Positions 29,176 to 39,503 are shown, counted from the first letter of the stretch. The stretch: DNA of 64,000 nt from Candidatus Methanogaster sp. (GCA_003194445.1 PQXF01000001.1:140014-204013); one strand, 5' to 3'. Notes: a model not told the origin generated them from the letters alone. Numbers and translations: made by a program.

Positions 29176-30102
29176 CTACACCGAAAACGACCTGATCGTC
29201 TCTTCGAGTCCATCTGTAAGAGCGTAAGATGGCTCATATCCGATAGACTTAGCCCGCGATATGTCGGCAAGCGAATGCCGCACATCCCCATCCCTTGGCT
29301 CCGCATGTAATATGCCCGGGTCGGTACCGGTGGCGGATGCTTCTATTACCGCTGCTGCAAGTTCATTCACACTCACCCGCGCACCGCTGCCGATGTTAAA
29401 CACTCCTGTCTTGCTGCTCCCTGCCGCAAGGATGTTTGCGCTGACAACATCCTTCACGAAGGTAAAATCTCGTGTCTGCTCTCCGTCCCCGCAGATCACG
29501 GGCGGTTTGCCATTCAGTACGCGCGTTATGAACTTCGGTATCACAGCCGCGTATTCAGAGGATGGATCCTGCTTTGGCCCGTACACGTTGAAATATCTTA
29601 AAGAGGCGGTCTTTAACCCATATATCTCGGCAAAGACCTTACAATAGTATTCACCAGCCAGTTTGGATACTGCATAAGGCGAGAGCGGGTCAGGTATCAT
29701 CCCTTCCTCTTTTGGAAGGACCGGGGTTTCGCCGTAGACTGATGAGGATGATGCATACACCACTTTCTTAACACCCTCCTGATCCGCTGCGATCAAGACG
29801 TTTAATGTTCCGCTTATGTTCACTTCATTCGTCTTTGCAGGGTCTTTTATCGAGCGGGGTACTGACGGGATCGCTGCCTGATGAAACACGTAATCGACGC
29901 CATCAAAAACCTGTTTGAGTAAGTTTAAGTCGGTTATACTACCTTCCACATATCTGTAATTCTCGTTATCGAGCAAATCTTCGTTATTTTCCGGTCTGCC
30001 GGTAGAGAGATCGTCGATAACCGTGACTTCATCCACTTCCACCAGTTCATGGGCGAGATTCGATCCGATGAATCCACAGCCGCCAGTGATTACAACATTC
30101 AT
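29176..30102 (-). CDS. NAD-dependent sugar-nucleotide epimerase/dehydratase (UDP-hexose 4-epimerase-like SDR)
   Basis: VVITGGCGFIGSNL Rossmann motif, ASSSSVYG, and the YAVSKLAGE catalytic YxxxK. Confidence 0.85.
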   Translation of the reverse strand: MNVVITGGCGFIGSNLAHELVEVDEVTVIDDLSTGRPENNEDLLDNENYRYVEGSITDLNLLKQVFDGVDYVFHQAAIPSVPRSIKDPAKTNEVNISGTLNVLIAADQEGVKKVVYASSSSVYGETPVLPKEEGMIPDPLSPYAVSKLAGEYYCKVFAEIYGLKTASLRYFNVYGPKQDPSSEYAAVIPKFITRVLNGKPPVICGDGEQTRDFTFVKDVVSANILAAGSSKTGVFNIGSGARVSVNELAAAVIEASATGTDPGILHAEPRDGDVRHSLADISRAKSIGYEPSYALTDGLEETIRSFSV

Positions 30103-30351
30103 GCGTTAACATTCTTTGTTTGCAGATAAAAAATCTTCCTCTGAAGAGGGGTTGGCTTATTGGGTGTAGGGGATATCTCGATATTGCCGTTGATTCAAGT
30201 CTTGTGCCTGTTGCATCCGGAAAGAATGATTCCAACAATCCGGATGATCCTGTTATTTATTATGGCTCTCTTGTGGGTGGGGTCATACGTTGCGCAAGTT
30301 ATATATGGGGGGTATTTTGTAGTTAGTAGTGGTATAACTATGTAGCGGAGA

Positions 30352-32040
30352 GTGACCATGACCAAATGTATTCTGATAATCATCGCCATATTTGTGATAG
30401 CTGCAGGAACAGCGTCCGCAGCTACGGTGTATGTGCCAAGCACATATCCGACGATACAGGCTGCTGTTGACAGTGTAGGCACTGGCGATACGGTCTATGT
30501 GTACAACGGCACATATATAGAGAACGTTACTGTGAAGAAGGGGATTTTACTGCAAGGTGAGGGGAAGGATGTTGTGACGATCGATGGTAACGGCAGGACT
30601 GCACTGGATGTAAGGTCTTCTAATGTCGATATCAGTGGATTTGCGATAACAAACAGCCAGGACGGAATAGCCATGACGATCAGCAAGAATTGTACGATAA
30701 GTGGCTGCGACATGCATTCAAACACCAATGGCATCCATCTGTTGATGTCCTGCAATTACAACACGATAAGCGACTGCACCATGCATTCGAACAGCGATTA
30801 CGGGATATATTTCAGTAAATCATGTAACCATAACACGGTAAGTGGCTGCGATGCGTATTCAAACACCGATGGCGTCCATCTTTCGAAATCGTGCAACCAC
30901 AACAAGATAAACGACTGCACCATGCATTTGAACAGCAATTGTGGGATATACCTCTGGAGAGCATGTAAATGTAACACGATAAGTGGTTGCGACGTATATT
31001 CCAATGAGGGAAAAGGGATCCTCGCCTTCATGTCATGCGATAACAACAGCATAATCGGCTGCAACGCGTATTCGAATAAGGATAACGGAATTATACTGCA
31101 GAAGATGTGCAGCGGAAACACGATAGAAGACTGCAACGCAACATCGAATATAAGAAATGGCATCATTCTCTTTCAGGCAAGCGGAGGTAACACGGTACGA
31201 AACTGCGGCGCGCATTCGAATCTGATAGATGGTATCGTCCTCTTTCAGACAAGCAATGGAAACATGATACATGGCTGTGGCGCGCATTCGAATAGCAGAG
31301 CTGGTATATACATAACCCACGCAAGCAATGGCAACACAGTGACCGGTTGTGATGCAAGAGATAACAAAGACGGCATCCGTATATCTCACACAAGCAATGG
31401 CAACACGGTGAGTGGCTGTGATGCGAAAGATAACAACAATGGCATCATCATATCTCACGTAAGCAATGGAAACATGGTGGCTGACTGTAACGCGACATCG
31501 AATCTGCAAAGCGGAGTCTCTATAACCATGAACAGCAAAGGAAATGAAATAACCAGTTGTTTGATAGATTCAGCCGAGTATGGTCTGGTCATGTCAAGAG
31601 CCAGTACCGGAAACGTAGTAAGCGGCACCACCATCCGCAATATCGGTTCTCGCGACTTCCTGCTGGAGTACGCATCATCAGGAAGCGCGATTGAGACGCC
31701 GTTTGAGACGATTGGCGTCAGTCTTTCATCCATGCTCTCTGTCAGAAACTATCTTTATGTGAAGGTCATGGCTGGTACAACCCCGGTCGGAGGCGCTGAC
31801 GTCCGCGTTACCGATGATGGGCATATAGTATATGCATCATCAGGGTACGGCGGATCGGACCCGCGTACCGATTCTGCCGGGCTCTGCAGCAGGATTCTGG
31901 TGACCGACCGCATCTATCACCATCTCAGCAGCACCGCTGCCGAGAACACCACCCTTGTCAGTGCGAAGCATGGCGCATGGACTGAAACGGATAGGGATGT
32001 GGACATGTCCGAATCGCATACCGAGGAGTTCTTCATCTAA
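30352..32040 (+). CDS. Secreted right-handed parallel beta-helix repeat protein (NosD/PbH1-like)
   Basis: Signal peptide (CILIIIAIFVIAAGTASA) and NosD-like start (TVYVPSTYPTIQAAVDSVGTGDTVYVYNGTYIENV). Then about 14 tandem 22-23-aa units of the form N.ISGC.AHSN..GI.L. Confidence 0.8.
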   Translation: MTMTKCILIIIAIFVIAAGTASAATVYVPSTYPTIQAAVDSVGTGDTVYVYNGTYIENVTVKKGILLQGEGKDVVTIDGNGRTALDVRSSNVDISGFAITNSQDGIAMTISKNCTISGCDMHSNTNGIHLLMSCNYNTISDCTMHSNSDYGIYFSKSCNHNTVSGCDAYSNTDGVHLSKSCNHNKINDCTMHLNSNCGIYLWRACKCNTISGCDVYSNEGKGILAFMSCDNNSIIGCNAYSNKDNGIILQKMCSGNTIEDCNATSNIRNGIILFQASGGNTVRNCGAHSNLIDGIVLFQTSNGNMIHGCGAHSNSRAGIYITHASNGNTVTGCDARDNKDGIRISHTSNGNTVSGCDAKDNNNGIIISHVSNGNMVADCNATSNLQSGVSITMNSKGNEITSCLIDSAEYGLVMSRASTGNVVSGTTIRNIGSRDFLLEYASSGSAIETPFETIGVSLSSMLSVRNYLYVKVMAGTTPVGGADVRVTDDGHIVYASSGYGGSDPRTDSAGLCSRILVTDRIYHHLSSTAAENTTLVSAKHGAWTETDRDVDMSESHTEEFFI

Positions 32041-32236
32041 CCCGCTGATTGGTCAGGTTATACTTTCTGCCGCGGTAGTACAATCTTTCCGATAATAGAT
32101 CAGAAAAAATCGGTGATAACCAAATTCAGGTTATTTGCCCGAACTTGTGCATTCATGATCTCTTAAAACCAAACTTTAACAAAATTTTGACCGGAAAAAA
32201 ATTAAAAAGCGTATTAGCGTATTAGAGCTCATACCG

Positions 32237-33007
32237 TCACCGAGCCCCAACCGCGGTCCCACCTGAAAATGCACCTTCGACGAACCTGGGATGCGTAAGT
32301 TCGATGATCGTTTCAAGATTCACTATGTCTTCCCGGTTGTACTTCAGCAACAGTTCGAGCGCATCCGCACTGCCGCGTTCGTACTCGTGCCAGAGCCGGA
32401 CTGCATCAAATCCGGTGATCCCTGTCGTATCCTCGCTCCGTTTGATCCCGAGCATCTGCTCGATTGCCTTGAGACCGCCCGCGTAACCGATGCGCCGCAG
32501 AGGATACATCAGGTCCGTATGCAACTGGTCAAATTCGATCTCCGGGTACTCTCGCTTGATAAACGGCAGGTCAAAACGTGCGCCGTTATAGGTCACCAGA
32601 AAATCGTATTTTGCAAACGCATCGACGATCTCGTCAAGGTCGATCCCGCGCACGTAGGTCTTCGCGCTCTTGCCATCGTATATCCCGACAACGGTCATGT
32701 GGGCATAGTTCGGAGATAGACCTGTGGTCTCGATGTCCACAAAGGCAATTTTATCCTTAAAATCGCGGTATGCGCGCCAGTGCTCGGATTTCGGGAGCGA
32801 TTCTGCAAAGAATCGAGCGTCACGTGCAATGAGGCGCTGCATGGACTCATCGATCCCTGCAAGGATGGTCGTCTTCTTTGCATCGGATATGGGTATCTCG
32901 TCTTGGTGTTCTGCGAACTCGGACCATGTCCTGATGCCGCAGGACCATATCCGGTGTTCGATCGTACTCCCGATGCGGGGTATGTGGATGTATGTGCTTG
33001 TGAGCAT
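32237..33007 (-). CDS. RNase H-fold 3'-5' exonuclease-like protein (YprB/COG3359-like)
   Basis: IAFVDIETTGL (DxE), FLVTYNGARFDLPF and the YNREDIVNL motifs of the PolB-exonuclease-related family. Confidence 0.7.
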   Translation of the reverse strand: MLTSTYIHIPRIGSTIEHRIWSCGIRTWSEFAEHQDEIPISDAKKTTILAGIDESMQRLIARDARFFAESLPKSEHWRAYRDFKDKIAFVDIETTGLSPNYAHMTVVGIYDGKSAKTYVRGIDLDEIVDAFAKYDFLVTYNGARFDLPFIKREYPEIEFDQLHTDLMYPLRRIGYAGGLKAIEQMLGIKRSEDTTGITGFDAVRLWHEYERGSADALELLLKYNREDIVNLETIIELTHPRFVEGAFSGGTAVGAR

Positions 33008-33257
33008 GGTTCTCCCTTTTTCAGAAGATAATGGTAATCATGTAACTAAAATCTTATTGCGTTATGGTGGTTGAGTGGAAGGCTCTTTGCGAACGCTTGC
33101 GGTAAATTGTAACAACTTTTGGAGCATATACGGAGATATTACGTATATGTGTAACAAGGATATCAAGAGGATAACGTGATCTCAAAAACATCTGGCGGAA
33201 CCGGATCATTCCCAATAGCCTCTCGTCTCTTCGGTTATGAGGTGCTTCGCATCGGCA

Positions 33258-33477
33258 CAATCGCAAACTCCAGTGAAAACGCTCTGATTTTATGGTGGTG
33301 TGCACGTGTTCGAACATTCGTGCAATTCATGCAATTCGCGTCATTCGTTACTATTTGTGATCTCTTGGTGCTGATTTTATGCCAACGGCTTCGCTCGCTA
33401 CGCTCACAGTCACGAATGCCACGAATAAACGAATGGCGCGAATCGAGTAAATCGGCGGAAATCACTGGATTTTTAGA
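33258..33477 (-). repeat. Dispersed repeat family 1, copy c (longest)
   Basis: The reverse complement reads TCTAAAAATCCAGTGATTTCCGCCGATTTACTCGATTCG...AGCACCAAGAGATCACAAATAGTAACGAATGACGCGAATTGCATGAATTGCACGAATGTTCGAA...CACCACCATAAAATCAGAGCGTTTTCACTGGAG. Confidence 0.8.
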
Positions 33478-33516
33478 CGGCATCCTTTACATCATTGGAA
33501 CTACCGGGGTGGAACC

Positions 33517-35043
33517 GTGAGTGTGAGTGATAGAGATAGCGAGCCAGCACCCGGCAGTATGTTTGTATTGCTAAGCGAACTGATCGATAAACTGGTGTCC
33601 AATTATGATATCAGACTGAAATACCTTGAAACCGGTGATTCGGATCCCTCCTCCTACATCCATGTCTTTACAGCGTCCAGGCGTGCCGACCTCTACATCA
33701 AGACCCGCAGCGATCAGAACGATCTTGCAAGACTGCTCGCAAGCCACGAGATCGCGCATCTGCCGCACATAAACGATCTGATCGCGGGCTACCGCGAGAT
33801 CACAGAGGCGGAGAAGATAAGCGATGCCGACATCTGGAGCGGGCAGTACCTGGACGCGGATATCGTGCATTTCGCAACAAACATCGTCTCTGACTATGCA
33901 ATCAACCGCGGGATGGATACCTGTGCTTACGAGCCAATGGATGCGTCGCTCATAGACTCGCTTGCAGAATCGAAGAGTGACGATGCCTATACCATAGCGA
34001 TGCTCATCCTGCTGTCACGGCATCCACACACATTCCCGGAATTTCGTGAGGGGCGTCCATACCAAAACCAAGATCAAAACAGAGACAGAGGGCGGGACAG
34101 AGATCGTGATCCGGGTTGGGACGGTGAGATCATGGAAAGCATAACAAAACTCGCAGGATCTGACCAGTTCAGGCACCTTGTTAGTCTCGTGGCAGATTCG
34201 GCAGAGCATCTCACGAAGAAGCGGTTTACCGAGTTTGTCGAGTCGGCATCTGCGCTGGCAGGCGTTTTGAGCTCGGTCTGGCGCTCGGACAACACGCCGT
34301 GGCGGATGATGAAGAAGAATACCGATGTGATCCATGAGCGCACGCCGCAGTACATCAAGCAGGAGAAGTTCTGCGAATTTGCGCCAGAGACCCTCGCCCA
34401 GAAGATCGATGGCATGAGCATCGGAAGCGGGAAGGGTGTACTTGAATACGATGAAGCCGAATGCGCCGGGATGGCGCGGGAACTGAAACTGCCAGCCCTT
34501 CTCGAGCGCGGGCTTGGAATCGAGAGACCGCGCCTCGTAACACGATACCGTGGCACAAGCATGTCACTTGCCGACAAGAAACGTCTCATTCTATTCGATT
34601 CAAGTAATATGTGGCTCGAGCGGGAACTGGAGAAGCGAAAAACGGTCTGGGTGCTTGTTGACACCTCCTCGAGCATGACCAAATCGATCACATCGGCAAA
34701 GATGCTGGCAAACACCATCCACAGGTATTTCAAGTCCAGGACAAAGATCATCACTTTCAATGCAGGCGCATCTCAGACCGACATCGCTGCACTGCGGTCT
34801 ATGACCGCGGGAGGTGGAACCGATGTGAGTTCGGTGCTGCCACACTTAAACACAAGCCACAATGATCCGATCGTGCTGATCAGCGATTTTAAGTTTCTGA
34901 TGTCGCATTTCTACCCGTTTCTGGGACATGTTGAGCGACATCGCCCTGAGATGATGTTTATGCCGATCGATCAGGAGAGTGTGGCACGTCTTGGTTCGCT
35001 TATGTCTGCGTGGAAAGGAAGTCTGCGATATCTGGTGGTGTGA
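33517..35043 (+). CDS. Putative metallopeptidase-VWA protein (DUF2201-like architecture)
   Basis: HExxH at SHEIAHLPH in the N-terminal half. The C-terminal VWA has a MIDAS motif (VLVDTSSSM ... AGGGTD ... VLISDF). A low-complexity QNQDQNRDRGRDRDRD linker joins them. Confidence 0.6.
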   Translation: MSVSDRDSEPAPGSMFVLLSELIDKLVSNYDIRLKYLETGDSDPSSYIHVFTASRRADLYIKTRSDQNDLARLLASHEIAHLPHINDLIAGYREITEAEKISDADIWSGQYLDADIVHFATNIVSDYAINRGMDTCAYEPMDASLIDSLAESKSDDAYTIAMLILLSRHPHTFPEFREGRPYQNQDQNRDRGRDRDRDPGWDGEIMESITKLAGSDQFRHLVSLVADSAEHLTKKRFTEFVESASALAGVLSSVWRSDNTPWRMMKKNTDVIHERTPQYIKQEKFCEFAPETLAQKIDGMSIGSGKGVLEYDEAECAGMARELKLPALLERGLGIERPRLVTRYRGTSMSLADKKRLILFDSSNMWLERELEKRKTVWVLVDTSSSMTKSITSAKMLANTIHRYFKSRTKIITFNAGASQTDIAALRSMTAGGGTDVSSVLPHLNTSHNDPIVLISDFKFLMSHFYPFLGHVERHRPEMMFMPIDQESVARLGSLMSAWKGSLRYLVV

Positions 35044-35167
35044 TCGCAAAAGTGCGTTTCTGGCATCTGCTCATGTACTGATAGTGATTGGACGGTGGAA
35101 AAAATAAAACAGACCCTGAAACTTCAAGCAGGATCTGTGTTTAACCGCATGTCCTCTATCGGATATT

Positions 35168-35710
35168 TCAGTATCCGCAGTATCCGCCTGCTCCAAGTGC
35201 CGCAAGGAACGCCGCACCCAGCACCACGATCAACAATACCGCGATTGTTGTCAGCACGACTATCGGTATGAATATCGCTATCGCAGACCTCAATGTCGTG
35301 ATATTATGGACAAAGGTTCCGCCAACAATTCCAAGGTAGATCGCATAAAGTCCGATGATCCAACCGATGATCGGTATCCACGAAATCGCTTCCACTGCTG
35401 ATGCATAAGCCATTATCCGAACCGTGCCCTCGTAACTTCCGGACCCACCAACGATCTTGAAGCAGATATGGAACATCAATCCGAAGATGAACAGCGCGAT
35501 AATCCCGAATATCGGTGCAGCAATAACTGCTGCAAACATGCTGCCAAATGTGATAAGTGCTATCCCGATACCCGATATTAGGTAGTTTACGACCGCGAAC
35601 TTAAGCGGCTCTTCATACCCGCCCGATGTCGGCATCTCCTTGAAGAAGTCACCTGGCGTGGTTATCACTTTCTTCCATGTTCCGATGAACTCGTCTATGA
35701 ATTCACTCAT
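35168..35710 (-). CDS. Yip1-domain membrane protein
   Basis: N-terminus FIGTWKKVITTPGDFFKEMPTSGGYEEPLKFAVVNYLISG followed by 4-5 TM helices, as in the Yip1/DUF1282 family. Confidence 0.6.
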   Translation of the reverse strand: MSEFIDEFIGTWKKVITTPGDFFKEMPTSGGYEEPLKFAVVNYLISGIGIALITFGSMFAAVIAAPIFGIIALFIFGLMFHICFKIVGGSGSYEGTVRIMAYASAVEAISWIPIIGWIIGLYAIYLGIVGGTFVHNITTLRSAIAIFIPIVVLTTIAVLLIVVLGAAFLAALGAGGYCGY

Positions 35711-35997
35711 TATTTACCCTCCTCTGACTTGTGATCATTCGCTATGACCCTGATTAGTTCGGTATGTACGCTATATAAATCTTTGCTATAGAATCGATGC
35801 ACAAAATAGATTGATGCCCCCAATCGAACGATGAAATTTCCAGTGACGATGAAATGTCATTTGAATCTCGCACATCCCGCAGAACATAGCGAAGACCTCA
35901 TGAAGACGAGGCGATCGCGTTACCATTATATGTCACTCGAAACCATAGACCATAGTATAGATCGAGATAGCTCGAGAGATAGAAGAGGTGTAAAAAA

Positions 35998-36345
35998 ATG
36001 TTTCCAGGACTTGGGAAGGGCATGAGCCCACGAAAGATGAAGCAGATGATGAAACAGATGGGTATCAGCGTCACAGAGATCGAGAACGTGGAAGAAGTGA
36101 TCATTAAAACCGCGGACTCGGAGATCGTCTTTGATGATGCCGCGGTTTCGATCATGGATGCGGCAGGCACGAAGACCTACCAGCTGATGGGCACGCCGCA
36201 TGAGCGTGCAAGGGAACTTGCGATACCTGCGGAGGATGTGCAACTCGTGATCGAGCAGACAGGTGCAAGCGAGGATGCGGCACGCGAAGCACTGGAAGAT
36301 GCTGGCGGCGATCTCGCTGATGCGATCATGAGGTTGAGCGTGTGA
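35998..36345 (+). CDS. nac: Nascent polypeptide-associated complex protein (archaeal NAC alpha)
   Basis: MSPRKMKQMMKQMGI..EIENVEEVIIKT NAC domain plus a C-terminal UBA (EDVQLVIEQTGASEDAAREALEDAGGDLADAIMRL). Confidence 0.9.
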   Translation: MFPGLGKGMSPRKMKQMMKQMGISVTEIENVEEVIIKTADSEIVFDDAAVSIMDAAGTKTYQLMGTPHERARELAIPAEDVQLVIEQTGASEDAAREALEDAGGDLADAIMRLSV

Positions 36346-36645
36346 GGATCTGATCCAATCCAATCAGCGCAGTATAGCAATCGTCGAGATGTCTAAAAAT
36401 CCGAGTGTCTTCACTGATTAATTCGATTGTGCCGCAATCATCAATGAACGCGCCTCTGTTTGGTGCAATCCCGCACACTTCCGGCACGACCTGGAGTTTG
36501 CCACGAAGCCGCATGCCCGCGGGCGTCGGTGATCACATCCCCAGACCCTATCGATGGGTTTTCCTGCGGCGATATCGATCGCTTGCAGGGATTGCCGACC
36601 GATAATCTTCGAGTCTCTGGTAACGACTCTGTCGTCGGTGCTTGC

Positions 36646-36875
36646 GTTATCTCGCGTTACGGCGACCAAAACTCCGGAGACTTTTTGATATTTTCGAAAT
36701 AGGGTTTTTTGGAAAGCTGTATGGGAACAGAGTGGCACAGAAGGGATGAAAGATAGAAATAGCAACTCTCTATGATCCCCTATGCTTTTTGTGGTTTAAT
36801 CTTCCATAATATGACCGGATCCTCCGGAAGAGTGAACAAGTGTATGCACTCGCGAATTACCAGAGAGGTATAGTC
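36646..36875 (+). repeat. Dispersed repeat family 3, copy b
   Basis: Aligns over about 230 bp with 6769-7005. Preceded at 36393-36440 by a fragment of family 1 (TCTAAAAATCCGAGTGTCTTCACTGATTAATTCGATTG). Confidence 0.8.
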
Positions 36876-37029
36876 TTGCACCACATCCCCTAACTACAGG
36901 AACAATGTTTCTAAACAATGTTTCTCATTGTTTTATAAACTTTTTGTGGTTATATGGAGTATCGCCATGGCTGATAGGGTGTGACAGTTGTGGCTGCAAC
37001 AGAACACAAACCAAAAGGAGAGATGATAT

Positions 37030-38118
37030 ATGACCAAAGAATCCACAGAGGAACAGGTATTTTCAGAGGAATACATTGAAGACATAGAAGACGAGCTTGA
37101 ATGGGTCGAGGGGGATATTGAGGCAGAGGCTGAGCCCAGCGTGGCTGATGAGTACGAAACAGAAGCCGGGGAACTTGAAGACCATGATGAAGTCTCCAGC
37201 GATGAGCCCATAGCAGGCGAAGTTGATTTGGAGCCTCCGGAGTATGGTGAGGAAGGGGCACCGTCCGCCGTCGAAGCTGACCTTGAGTTAGAACCGATGG
37301 AAGGCTACGATGAGAGTATTTTGGAGATGAGCCGCGAGGAAGCCCAGACCGACGAAGCACGTATGTTGGACGCGTGGTACGCGGAGTTTGCCGATCCTAC
37401 GACTATTGCTTTGGCACGACAACAGCCCAGCATCAGCCAAACAACCGCCGAGGTCGTGATCGGTAAAGATGACCGTATTCAGGTTAATAACACCACTGCG
37501 TATCCATGGCGCACTATCTGCTCGCTGATAATGACAGCCAGGGATGGTAGTAGGTGGATCGGCACAGGTTGGCTTGTCGGTCCGCGTACGGTCATCACTG
37601 CAGGTCACTGCGTTTACATGCACCGTCATGGTGGTTGGGCCAAGAGTATCGAGGTGATCCCTGGGAGAAATGGATCGAGACGACCTTATGGGTCATGCAT
37701 TGCCACGAGTTTCCGCAGTGTGAAGGGCTGGACACGGAAAAAGAGGCGATCGCATGACTACGGCGCGATCATCCTACCGCGCAACTGTGCTTACGGCAAT
37801 CGACTCGGATACTTTGGTTATGCGAATCTGAGCCACTTTTCACTGCTTGGTCTTACTGTGAACCTCTCAGGGTATCCAGGCGACAAGCCCCGTGGAACAC
37901 AGTGGTGGCACGCACGTCGTATCAAGTGGGTTACATCGAGAAGACTCGTCTACAATATCGACACTGCTGGTGGACAGAGCGGTGCACCGGTATGGCGGTT
38001 GAGGAACGGCAAGCGCCATGTGGTTGGTATTCACACCAACGGTTCAGCGTCCGGAAACTCTGCCACACGCATTGCTAAGCCGGTCTTCAAGAACATCAAG
38101 AAGTGGAAGCATGTATAG
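37030..38118 (+). CDS. Trypsin-like (S1B, V8/Glu-specific-type) serine peptidase with a long acidic N-terminal extension
   Basis: Catalytic triad contexts are TAGHCV (His), HDYGAIIL (Asp) and GGQSGAPVW (Ser). The first ~110 aa are strongly D/E-rich and no signal peptide is visible. Confidence 0.75.
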   Translation: MTKESTEEQVFSEEYIEDIEDELEWVEGDIEAEAEPSVADEYETEAGELEDHDEVSSDEPIAGEVDLEPPEYGEEGAPSAVEADLELEPMEGYDESILEMSREEAQTDEARMLDAWYAEFADPTTIALARQQPSISQTTAEVVIGKDDRIQVNNTTAYPWRTICSLIMTARDGSRWIGTGWLVGPRTVITAGHCVYMHRHGGWAKSIEVIPGRNGSRRPYGSCIATSFRSVKGWTRKKRRSHDYGAIILPRNCAYGNRLGYFGYANLSHFSLLGLTVNLSGYPGDKPRGTQWWHARRIKWVTSRRLVYNIDTAGGQSGAPVWRLRNGKRHVVGIHTNGSASGNSATRIAKPVFKNIKKWKHV

Positions 38119-38202
38119 TTCGGAACCATTTGGATACTTTATTCGAAATGGGTCCACCGTGCACGTGCAGGGAACCTGAAATACTATCGCATCAGGCACC
38201 CT

Positions 38203-38257
38203 CCCATGTCTCCTGTAGATTGTGTCGCAGAAGCAATTAATCTACAGGAAACATGGG
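38203..38257. other. Long near-perfect hairpin (19-bp stem, 17-nt loop)
   Basis: CCCATGTCTCCTGTAGATT (38203-38221) pairs with AATCTACAGGAAACATGGG (38239-38257) with one mismatch. Located 85 nt downstream of the protease stop. Confidence 0.6.
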
Positions 38258-38429
38258 AAGCACGAACTTGCAAGGGAAAAACAATTAAGAGGACAACGGA
38301 TGTCGAGGTCAGTGCGATGACGACCGGTGACCGCCGCTTATAGGGGAAATTAGGTCACACAAATAAGGGCAAGTCATATTACACTGCCTTGTGAGTAAGA
38401 TTGATGGCTAAGTAGTAATAAATGGAATT

Positions 38430-38780
38430 ATGTACAATAGTAAAAAAGTGATATTGATCATGTCAAGCATCATCATAGTAATTAGTGTATTGGCTTTACA
38501 AAATATGGTCAATTCGACAGACAAAGGAGCTATTGCAGGACAGGTAACAACAGTACAAGGTGAGCCAGTAGTCGACGCCAGTGTGATGATAACCGGCGAC
38601 AGTCCTGTTCATGAGGATATTGCTGCCCTGACGAATGAACAAGGTGAATACGGGTTTGATGATCTCGTACCGGGAGATTACGCCATTATGGTCAACGCGG
38701 AGAACTATGTTGTACAAACCCGGCATGCGCATGTAGAGGCAGGTCATATTACCCACCTTAATTTCTCGTTAACCATCTGA
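38430..38780 (+). CDS. Small secreted carboxypeptidase-regulatory-like (CarboxypepD_reg) domain protein
   Basis: N-terminal TM/signal, then GAIAGQVTTVQGEPVVDASVMI...TNEQGEYGFDDLVPGDYAIMVNAENY, the typical transthyretin-like fold pattern. Confidence 0.65.
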   Translation: MYNSKKVILIMSSIIIVISVLALQNMVNSTDKGAIAGQVTTVQGEPVVDASVMITGDSPVHEDIAALTNEQGEYGFDDLVPGDYAIMVNAENYVVQTRHAHVEAGHITHLNFSLTI

Positions 38781-38977
38781 CTCTGACCATTGAAGCAAGA
38801 ATAGTTCCCTCATACGATAGGTTATCAGGTTGGGTGCGTACAATGGCTACGGTTTGTGAGACCCCACCCAAAAGATACTACCAGTTAAGTGTCTGAACTA
38901 AACGGATACCACTTCACTTACACCATGGTTTCAGCAGTTTGAAAAAGCTCAAGTTGTGGCGGTGCGAAGTAGGGTTG

Positions 38978-39503
38978 TCGGTGTATATCAGTGGCACTGG
39001 TTACGATTTTTTCCAGAAAAAAAGAGATTTTGTAGCCTGTGAAACCAGCAATGCCGGGTTAAGGATCGTCAACCCGGGCGGAGATCCCCTGATCCGAACT
39101 CCCGGGCAGACCTTCTCCTTCACCCGACCATGCTATGCTTCACTTCGAGGTAACTCTTGAGACCATGCATCCCAAGTTCCCTGCCAATCCTGCTCTCGCG
39201 AGTACCTGCCAAACGGCGCATACTTCGGAGCGCCATGATACGTATCGATCCACACCGTTCCTGCCCGGATGTGGCTTGCAACCCTCTTTGTACGAGAAAC
39301 ATCCTCTGACCAGACCGCTCCGGCAAGCCCGTACCTTGTCGTTTGCGATCCCGATTCCATGTGATCAAATATCGTCGGCTCGACAAAGTAGCCAGCCTGG
39401 TCAAGACGTTTCCCACTGGTTACGAGTTCTGCGCCATCCTCGATGATCCGTCAGGATCGTCGAGTCCGTCCCCGATCACAAGCCGTCTCGTCTCTGCGAC
39501 CGT
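38978..39503 (-). pseudogene. Duplicated 3' fragment of the aldehyde dehydrogenase gene plus its downstream flank
   Basis: Aligns with 40740-41402 at high identity, including 143 bp past the stop codon. Two internal deletions correspond to about 41110-41188 and about 41288-41346 of the intact gene. The stop is at 39120-39122. Confidence 0.85.
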
